From NCBI GenBank assembly GCA_044870765.1, contig JBIOZG010000015.1:10795-74794 (forward strand): a stretch of DNA of 64,000 nucleotides, written 5' to 3'. The notes below the pieces were generated by a model that was not told the origin of the DNA, made no database searches, and saw only the letters and a list, made by a program, of their open reading frames with translations. This document shows positions 56,648-64,000 of this stretch, in pieces (the stretch's first letter is position 1; each line of letters opens with the position of its first letter). Position numbers and translations under genes: made by a program. The DNA comes from Nitrososphaeraceae archaeon (GTDB taxonomy: Archaea > Thermoproteota > Nitrososphaeria > Nitrososphaerales > Nitrososphaeraceae).

Positions 56648-57937
56648 TTGTACAAGTTTGCCCATATTACTGATTGTCATCTTGGTTCTTGGAGAAATCC
56701 CAAGTTAAGAGAATTAAATTTGCAAGCATTTGAAAAATCAATATCAATCTCCATAAAAGAACAAGTTGATTTCATTCTAATTACAGGAGACTTTTTTGAC
56801 GTAAATATTCCCCAGCTATCACCAGTTAAAAAAGCCGTTGAAATCTTGAAGCAAGCAAGAAATTCAGGTATTCCAGTATACATGATATATGGTTCACATG
56901 ATTTTAACACGGCAAATGTTTCCATGATCGATATTTTGCATTCTGCCGACCTGTTTATCAAACCAACAGATTTTCAGTTGAACAACGATTCAATAGTATT
57001 GAAACTCTTTGCTGATAAGAAAACAGGGGCCAAAATAACGGGCATTTCTGGGAGAAAGGTTGGACTGGATAAGGAAATTTATGAGAAGTTGGACAAAAAA
57101 AAGTTAGAATCAGAAGATGGATTCAAAATTTTTCTATTGCATAGGGGAATTCAAGAAATACTTCCACAAGATATTCAATTCCGGGACTCGGTGCCGATTT
57201 CTCTTGTACCAAAAGGATTTGATTATTACGGAGGGGGGCATATCCACAAGAGAGTTGAAAAGAAAATTGATAGTAGCCTGATTGTTTATCCCGGACCTCT
57301 CTTTGGTTCTACTTTTCAAGATCTTGAGGAAACAGCAAAAGGAGAAACAAGAGGTTTTTACATTATTTCATTTGATAAACAAATTTTAGATTGTAAGTTT
57401 GTAGAGATAAAAGTAGCCGAGATACTATATAAGGAAATAGTTTCAGTAAAGTGGAACTCAGAAATATTGGAAGCTGAGATCATGAAGAATATATCAGAAC
57501 TCGAAGTTAAGAATAAAATAGTCCTAATAAAGGTAAAAGGGAAGTTACTTGGAAAGCGTTCCAATATTGATTTTGGAAAATTTAGCATGGATATATCAAG
57601 AAGAGAGGCGTTACTATCATTTATAAACACAAATAATCTGTCAACGGATGAGGCAAGTGCTATTGTGGTACAAAGTGACAACAAGTTTGATATTGAAAGA
57701 GAAATTTTTCACAAAAGTATCAAGAATTTTCAAGCAGATTCTACTGTCTCACATAAAGTAAAAAGCCAAGTCAATTCAAAATTAACTGGAAAAACTGGGG
57801 AAAGTGCATCACTCTCCCTGTTAGATGTCCTTCGAAATGAAAAATTAGAGAACGAAAATGCCAGTACATACGATGACAGGGTTATCTCTTACGCGAAATC
57901 AATTTTTGATAGCGAGGGTTATTTTTATGATAATTAA
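56648..57937 (+). CDS. mre11: Mre11 nuclease
   Basis: HITDCHLG, TGDFFD, GSHD, LLH, GGHIH, YPG; overlaps rad50. Confidence 0.88.
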   Translation: MYKFAHITDCHLGSWRNPKLRELNLQAFEKSISISIKEQVDFILITGDFFDVNIPQLSPVKKAVEILKQARNSGIPVYMIYGSHDFNTANVSMIDILHSADLFIKPTDFQLNNDSIVLKLFADKKTGAKITGISGRKVGLDKEIYEKLDKKKLESEDGFKIFLLHRGIQEILPQDIQFRDSVPISLVPKGFDYYGGGHIHKRVEKKIDSSLIVYPGPLFGSTFQDLEETAKGETRGFYIISFDKQILDCKFVEIKVAEILYKEIVSVKWNSEILEAEIMKNISELEVKNKIVLIKVKGKLLGKRSNIDFGKFSMDISRREALLSFINTNNLSTDEASAIVVQSDNKFDIEREIFHKSIKNFQADSTVSHKVKSQVNSKLTGKTGESASLSLLDVLRNEKLENENASTYDDRVISYAKSIFDSEGYFYDN

Positions 57938-60500
57938 ACGAATCGAAATAACAAACATCAGAAGCTACAAGGAAAAGACGACGATTGAATTTCCTAAGGG
58001 ACGGATACTTTTTCAAGGGGATATAGGTTCAGGCAAGTCAACAATTCTTTCTGCAATTGAATTTGCACTGTTTGGATTAGGTGATGTTGATGCAAACCAC
58101 TTGCTCCGAATCGGAGAGAGTAAGGGTTCTGTACTTTTAGAGTTTGAAAGTAGTGGAAAAACCTATGATGTTTTTAGATCTTTGTTGAGAAAAGGTACTA
58201 AAATCTCTCAAGAAGAAGGATCATTATATGAAAACGGGGTCAAGAATTCATATTCGGTTGGCGAACTAAAATCCAGGATATTAGAAATAATTGGTATAAA
58301 TGAAAGAACCCAAACTAGAACTACTTCTACTATATTTCGTTTTGCAATTTATACTCCGCAGGAAATGATGAAAAATGTATTAACGTCTAACAACGAAAGG
58401 AGAGTCGAAATTCTAAGAAGAGCATTTGGTATCGAAGAATACAGTACGGCCAAAAAAAATGCGGAGAAATTTTCTTCATGGATACGAACAGTAACTAGAG
58501 CAAAAAAATCTCTAATTAATGAGCTTAGTTTGTACAAATTCGATTTGCAAAAAATTAAAGATACAACAGAATCATTACATGAAGAAATTGATTACTTTAA
58601 AGATAGTGTATCTCAACTTAATGACCAAGTACAAAATATTCTCACACAAATGTTAGAAACAAGAAAAAGCAAGGAGAAAATTCTAAAAGCAGAATCCTCC
58701 ATTTTGCATCTCCAGTCTACAATTGACAAGAACTCTCAACTTAAAGAAGAAAAGAATCATGAGATTGAAAAAATAAATCAAGAATTATATCGTATTTCCC
58801 AGAGTGAAAAAATTTTATTCGACCTTACTCCAAAATATCACGAATACATTCAAAAAAGGAAGGATCTATTAGATGTTACTGACAACGCTCTTCAATATGA
58901 TAAATTGTTACTCGAGAAGGTAAGATTAGAAAGTAATATATGCAGTGAACGTGACTCCCTGAATGCTAATATTCAGAGATTAGATTTTGAATTATCAGAG
59001 ATAACATCCGAGAGAGCAAGATGCACTCGTGAATTAGGGAATTTAGTTGGGCTGAAACAACAAGAGAATACTCTAAAAAATAACACTACTAATACTGATA
59101 ACCTCCAAATGGACTTTGATAACGTTACTGGCAGTCTTTATAATATAAAATCAGAAATGCTTAGCATTAACAATGAAATATCAAAACAAAAATCGGAACT
59201 AGATACAGTATTACAACTAAGACAGGATGCAGTGTGTCCGTATTGTAAACAAAGACTAGATCAACAACATATATCGGAATTGGAGCGAAAATTTTCGCAA
59301 AGAAGGGATTTCTTAAATGTCAAGCTTGAAAAACTAGAAAATGAGAGAAAAGAACATCAAGAAGAGAAAAATCGAATTTCAAACGAAATAAGACAAATAG
59401 AATCTAAAAAATCTGACTTACAAAAAATTCAAATACAAATAGCAAAATTAATTGGAATTCAAAATAGCGTAATTCAACTAGACTTGAAAATAAATGAAAA
59501 AGTTTCAAATAAGAAACTGATGATTGGCAAATTACAAGATAAGAATTTGCTAGATAAAATTAGTAGGTTAACCGACATGACCGAGACCTTAAAAACGCTC
59601 TATCCTTACAAGAATAAATATGACCTGTTGAATAACGTTGTAATCGGTTATCAAAGGACTGATTTGGAAAGAACGTTTGTGGAGAATACTAACTTAATCA
59701 ACTCAAAACAGCGTCTTATTGAAGATAAAAAAATCAGAGAAATGGCGTTACTAGAACTAAATAACGAGATCGATGCTTTGTTAAAAAAACTTGACGAGAC
59801 AAAATTAGTTTATCAAGATAGTGAAAAGGTGGATATTAGGATGAAGGAATTGGAATTACAGAAGCTTTCATTTGAAGGTGATTTAATGAATAAGAAAGAA
59901 AATCTTGCAATGAGGAAGACTGATTTTGAAAACAACCTAAAGCAAATTGAAACTTTCAACAAAAAAATAATCGAACTTGAGGAGAAAGTTGATAGAGTAG
60001 CTTTTACAGACCAGATAGGTTTGTGGTTGAACCAACACTTTATCCCATCTTTGGTGCAGATAGAGTCTCAAGTCCTTGTTAGCGTGAAGGATGAATTTAA
60101 TAAGCTATTTCAAAAATGGTTTTATCTACTAGTCGAAGCAGGAGATATAGATATAGAAATTGATGAATTCTTTACCCCTATTGTAAATCAAAGCGGGTAT
60201 CGCCTGGAAGTTGATAGTCTGAGTGGAGGCGAGAAAACATCAATTGCCCTAGCGTACAGGTTAGCACTTAACGAAATCATACGAAGAATGATAATGTTTG
60301 ATGACAATCTATTAATTTTAGACGAACCCACGGATGGGTTCAGTAAGGAACAATTAGTGCAAATCAAGCACGTTTTGGAAGAACTTACTGCAGCTCAGGT
60401 TATTATCGTTTCTCACGAAAAGGAATTGGAAGGATTCGTTGAAACAATTTTCAGGGTAGCCAAAGAAAGTGAAAAATCACAGGTAGAATTGGTCGCATAG
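57927..60500 (+). CDS. rad50: Rad50 SMC-like ATPase
   Basis: GDIGSGKST Walker A, Q-loop YTPQE, zinc hook CPYC, LSGGE, LILDEPT, VSH; start taken at ATG 57927. Confidence 0.92.
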   Translation: MIIKRIEITNIRSYKEKTTIEFPKGRILFQGDIGSGKSTILSAIEFALFGLGDVDANHLLRIGESKGSVLLEFESSGKTYDVFRSLLRKGTKISQEEGSLYENGVKNSYSVGELKSRILEIIGINERTQTRTTSTIFRFAIYTPQEMMKNVLTSNNERRVEILRRAFGIEEYSTAKKNAEKFSSWIRTVTRAKKSLINELSLYKFDLQKIKDTTESLHEEIDYFKDSVSQLNDQVQNILTQMLETRKSKEKILKAESSILHLQSTIDKNSQLKEEKNHEIEKINQELYRISQSEKILFDLTPKYHEYIQKRKDLLDVTDNALQYDKLLLEKVRLESNICSERDSLNANIQRLDFELSEITSERARCTRELGNLVGLKQQENTLKNNTTNTDNLQMDFDNVTGSLYNIKSEMLSINNEISKQKSELDTVLQLRQDAVCPYCKQRLDQQHISELERKFSQRRDFLNVKLEKLENERKEHQEEKNRISNEIRQIESKKSDLQKIQIQIAKLIGIQNSVIQLDLKINEKVSNKKLMIGKLQDKNLLDKISRLTDMTETLKTLYPYKNKYDLLNNVVIGYQRTDLERTFVENTNLINSKQRLIEDKKIREMALLELNNEIDALLKKLDETKLVYQDSEKVDIRMKELELQKLSFEGDLMNKKENLAMRKTDFENNLKQIETFNKKIIELEEKVDRVAFTDQIGLWLNQHFIPSLVQIESQVLVSVKDEFNKLFQKWFYLLVEAGDIDIEIDEFFTPIVNQSGYRLEVDSLSGGEKTSIALAYRLALNEIIRRMIMFDDNLLILDEPTDGFSKEQLVQIKHVLEELTAAQVIIVSHEKELEGFVETIFRVAKESEKSQVELVA

Positions 60501-60727
60501 CATATCGTAGAATGGATAGATCAAAACTCGATCACTATATTGGAAGGGCGTTGGAATAGCCCAGAATAATCGTAATGGTATGCCGATTATTTTAAATTAC
60601 TAGTATTTAGTAAATAAATTTAGCGCATGCAAACATAAACTGATTCACATGACAACTTTCATCGGTATTAATTTGGTAAAATTTTTTTAGGAAAGCAATA
60701 TATCCCATTCCTTCATATGTTATCTGG

Positions 60728-61006
60728 TTGACTGACAAGATTAAGTGTTCTCATATTCTCGTAAACAAACAGAGCGAGGCGTTTTCTATCATTGAGAGAT
60801 TGAAGAAAGGTGAAAGCTTTGACAAATTGGCTAAGGAACTTTCAATAGATAAAGGAAGTGGTAAAAGAGGAGGCGACTTGGGTTTCTTTGGAAGAGGTGT
60901 GATGGTGAAACCTTTTGAAGTAGCCTCATTCAAACTAGAAAAAAACCAAATCTCCGAACCTGTGAAGACCCAATTTGGCTATCACATAATAAAGAGAACT
61001 GGTTGA
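60728..61006 (+). CDS. single-domain parvulin peptidyl-prolyl isomerase
   Basis: [30 protein letters not shown]. Confidence 0.93.
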   Translation: MTDKIKCSHILVNKQSEAFSIIERLKKGESFDKLAKELSIDKGSGKRGGDLGFFGRGVMVKPFEVASFKLEKNQISEPVKTQFGYHIIKRTG

Positions 61007-61076
61007 ACAATGACTAAAGGCAAGTACTAATTTTAAAACCGGATTAACTAAAATCTAAATTGTTGACTTCATTTAA

Positions 61077-61313
61077 TTAACTGCTAGAATTTCCGGATTG
61101 GTTCGTGGTGTTGTTGGAGAAAGTGACTGTTTCATTACTTGTGATGTTTCCAACTTTTATCGAAAGATCACTCATATTAATTACCATACTTGGACTCAAA
61201 TTTTGATTTTGATTCTGATTCTGCGCACTTGCCCAGTCAGAAAGAAATAGAGGAATCGCAAATGCGAATCCGATAATCAGTATTCCAGTAATACCAATGC
61301 AAACTAGTCTCAT
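61077..61313 (-). CDS. small secreted Asn/Ser/Thr-rich protein
   Basis: signal peptide ending ASA; QNQNQNQN; several NxT/S sequons. Confidence 0.6.
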   Translation of the reverse strand: MRLVCIGITGILIIGFAFAIPLFLSDWASAQNQNQNQNLSPSMVINMSDLSIKVGNITSNETVTFSNNTTNQSGNSSS

Positions 61314-61605
61314 GAAAATGCTATTATTTCAGGCATATATATACAATTAACCCTATATATTTTGATGCGAGAAATAAAAATAAAACAGTCGCTCATATTC
61401 ACCAATACCTAAGATTATAATATACAGCTTCTTAGGAAAGGTTTGAATTCAGAAAAATTATGAATTTCACTAAATTTGATTACAATTACGGCTTATGAAC
61501 AATAATACTTGTGATATTAACTGAGTAATCAGATTTTTCAGAAATTTTTGGAATGATTCTTTACGTTTAGGTTAATATACGTCACATTCACGATACAAAT
61601 AGGTA

Positions 61606-64000
61606 ATGAGATTTTCTGTCAAATCACATTCAAAGTTATACTTTCTCTTAATTTTTGCCATTACTTTCTATTTTTTGGGTGATTTTGCCCCATTTTCAAG
61701 TGTTGATCAACATGGAATCGACTTTACGGCAGTCTATGGCCAACTTGATGACGATGACGAGAATGAAAAGCAGGGATTAAACCCGAACACTACAATCAAC
61801 GCAGCAATTGATGGAAATAACAATGGTATAGCCAACAATGGCAGTACTACATCTAACACCATGAAATTTTCCTTTTCAGGAAGGGATGGTCAGGGTGCAA
61901 GTATCTATCGGTTTGAATGTAGTATGGATGGCAAGCTATTCGTTACCTGTGTAAGTACTAACACTGTAAATGTCGGTCGTGGTATTCATACATTCAGCGT
62001 AAGATCTGAGGATAACGCTGGGAATAAAGATTCAACGCCTTCTTCTTTTACGTGGACAGTCAACTCAGAAACATCAAACACTCAGATTGATTTTGCAACT
62101 GATGGCAATAAGGCTGCAATAGTGAATGGCAGTAACACTAGTTCTAACTCTATGACTTTTGCATTCTCAGGGACCGATAGTCACGGTACGGCCATCCATC
62201 GATTTGAGTGTAGCATGGATCGGGGGGCATTTGGCTCTTGTGTAAGTACTAACACTGTAAATGTCGGAGACGGTACTCATACATTCAGCGTAAGATCTGA
62301 GGATAACGCTGGGAATAAAGATTCAACCCCTGCTTCTTTTACATGGACAGTGGACACAACTCCTCCCATGATTTCTACAATCTCTGCTATCGATGGTAAT
62401 AATAATACGATTTCTGATAATGGCAATAGCGAATCCACTTCAATTAGATTTAACTTTTCAGGCACTGATACTGGTGGTGCAGGTGTAGATCACCTTGAGT
62501 GTAACATAGATAACTCCAAATATGTTGCATGTACCAGCCCCTTTGTATTTCTAAACATCTTAAAAGACGGTATTCATACGTTTAATGTTAGATCGATTGA
62601 CCGAGTTGGGAACATTAATCTCTCACCAGCATCATTTACCTGGACCATCGATACCATTTCGCCTAATACCACCCTCGAATCCGCTACCGATGGAAATAAG
62701 ATCGTGATGGCCAATGGTACAGATACCAATTCTAAGTCGATGTCATTTGAATTCTCGGCTAACGACACAGGTGGTGATGGGGATAAAGGTGTTGGTATCA
62801 ATCATTTTGTATGTAACATAGATAACTCCAAATATGTTGCATGTACCAGCCCCTTTGTATTTCCTAATTTATTAAAAGACGGTATACACACTTTTACTGT
62901 TATATCCGAAGATAACGCCGGAAATAAAGATTCGACTCCAACATCATTCAGTTGGATCGTGGACACATCTTCACCTCTAATCTCTATTAATACTGCTACT
63001 GACGGTAATGGGAATTTACTATCTAACGATGGTAACACATCGTCTAACTCTGCAATAATTTCGTTCACAGGTAACGACACTGATGGTAGAGAAGGCAAAG
63101 GTGTAGGAATAAAGGAATTCAAATGTTCATTGGATGGAGCGTCTTTCTCTACTTGCACCAGCCCCGTGCAGTTTACGTCAGTAAATTTGCCAGAGGGTAC
63201 GCATAGTTTCCAGATTATCGCTGAAGATGGCATAGGCAACATTAATTCTTCACCTCAGTCGTTCAATTGGACAGTCGACACCGAACCTCCGGACATTACC
63301 GTAGACTCAGCTACAGATGGCTATCAGAAACATGTAACCAGTGGAGGTAACTCTTCTTCTGACTCAATAATATTTGAGTTCACAGCTCTTGATAATGGTG
63401 GCAGAGAGGGAAAGGGCGTTGGAACAAAGCAATTTGAATGCAAAATTGATAACTCTGATTTTGTATCTTGCACTAGCCCGGTAGAATTCACAAACCTAAG
63501 CAATGGGGTTCATACTTTGGATTTATTGTCTGAAGATAATGTTGGAAACATCAGTCCAACTCCTGAATCATTTAACTGGACAGTAGATACAGTCTCGCCG
63601 ACAACAACAATCAATAAGGCCATTGTTGGTACTGAAAGCTCCTTAACAAATGGAAGCAATAGTAGATTTAATTCAATTACATTTACTTTTACGGGTAACG
63701 ATACTGATGGTTTAGGGATACGAGAGTTCGAATGTAGCCTGGACGATTCGAATTTTACTACATGCACCAGTCCCCTGCATTATAATGACACGATCATAAC
63801 CGATGGCCCTCATGACTTTAAGGTGTTTTCCAAAGATAATGTGGGTAATAACGACTTTTCTCCCGAATTGTTCACTTGGAATGTTGATACCATTCCACCT
63901 ACCACAAATATTACCAAAGCCATGGATGGAAATATCATAACTATAACCAACAGCAGCAATACAAAGTCGAACTCTGTGATATTCGAATTTTCCGGTAACG
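61606..64000 (+). CDS. large secreted protein with tandem ~100-aa Ig-like repeats, each with a Cys pair; truncated by the window end and absent from the ORF track
   Basis: ATG 61606 (MRFSVKSHSKLYFLLIFAITFYFLG...); frame 1 reads as continuous repeats to 64000; consensus DT.PP.T.I..A.DGN...S.S..F.FSG.D...G...FEC..D...F..CTSP....L.DG.HTF.V.SED..GN....P.SF.WTVD. Confidence 0.9.
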   Translation, partial: MRFSVKSHSKLYFLLIFAITFYFLGDFAPFSSVDQHGIDFTAVYGQLDDDDENEKQGLNPNTTINAAIDGNNNGIANNGSTTSNTMKFSFSGRDGQGASIYRFECSMDGKLFVTCVSTNTVNVGRGIHTFSVRSEDNAGNKDSTPSSFTWTVNSETSNTQIDFATDGNKAAIVNGSNTSSNSMTFAFSGTDSHGTAIHRFECSMDRGAFGSCVSTNTVNVGDGTHTFSVRSEDNAGNKDSTPASFTWTVDTTPPMISTISAIDGNNNTISDNGNSESTSIRFNFSGTDTGGAGVDHLECNIDNSKYVACTSPFVFLNILKDGIHTFNVRSIDRVGNINLSPASFTWTIDTISPNTTLESATDGNKIVMANGTDTNSKSMSFEFSANDTGGDGDKGVGINHFVCNIDNSKYVACTSPFVFPNLLKDGIHTFTVISEDNAGNKDSTPTSFSWIVDTSSPLISINTATDGNGNLLSNDGNTSSNSAIISFTGNDTDGREGKGVGIKEFKCSLDGASFSTCTSPVQFTSVNLPEGTHSFQIIAEDGIGNINSSPQSFNWTVDTEPPDITVDSATDGYQKHVTSGGNSSSDSIIFEFTALDNGGREGKGVGTKQFECKIDNSDFVSCTSPVEFTNLSNGVHTLDLLSEDNVGNISPTPESFNWTVDTVSPTTTINKAIVGTESSLTNGSNSRFNSITFTFTGNDTDGLGIREFECSLDDSNFTTCTSPLHYNDTIITDGPHDFKVFSKDNVGNNDFSPELFTWNVDTIPPTTNITKAMDGNIITITNSSNTKSNSVIFEFSGN
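61780..63890 (+). repeat. seven tandem intragenic repeat units of about 290-315 bp
   Basis: conserved Trp codons at about 62053, 62344, 62641, 62953, 63268, 63577 and 63877; exact copies at 61987-62036/62278-62327 and 62500-62551/62812-62863. Confidence 0.88.

Noticed and set aside
56648-60500. Nuclease + SMC ATPase as an anti-phage defence system
   Set aside because: Zinc hook, motif set and housekeeping context match ordinary Mre11-Rad50.
62277-63767. Four minus-strand ORFs in the track (62277-62465, 62574-62801, 62802-63242, 63510-63767)
   Set aside because: They are antisense shadows of the plus-strand repeat protein starting at 61606.

Overview
AT-rich chromosomal window from an ammonia-oxidising archaeon (Nitrososphaerota/Thaumarchaeota, most like soil Nitrososphaeraceae). 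The assignment rests on the archaeal informational genes, a CdvB/ESCRT-III paralogue, tetraether synthase and a single-domain parvulin. Most of it is housekeeping: ilvA, HMG-CoA synthase, futalosine pathway mqnC/mqnE/mqnD, EF-2, pelota, tes, crotonase, thrB, GPN GTPase, a peptide ABC transporter without ATPase, an aroD-aroE-aroK-aroA-aroC-(chorismate mutase/aminotransferase)-tyrA operon, SRP19-Gar1-TFB, DNA ligase, eS25, gatD, asnS, PCNA-TFS-Rpo11, family-5 UDG, aspartokinase and mre11-rad50. Three features are missing from the ORF track: a tRNA-Tyr with two introns, a 48-aa ORF, and a secreted Cys-paired Ig-like repeat protein of at least 798 codons running off the right edge. The best leads are a 4xCBS + HPF/RaiA-like fusion (candidate nucleotide-sensing ribosome hibernation factor), the double-intron tRNA-Tyr with C54, a sequon-dense glycoprotein with a His-less CHRD domain whose C-terminal motif is shared with another secreted protein, a TrmB/tes divergon with a perfect palindrome, and a divergent RibD/DHFR-fold protein. 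I saw no CRISPR array, integrase, transposase or prophage. All calls come from motif recognition by eye; no database search was run.
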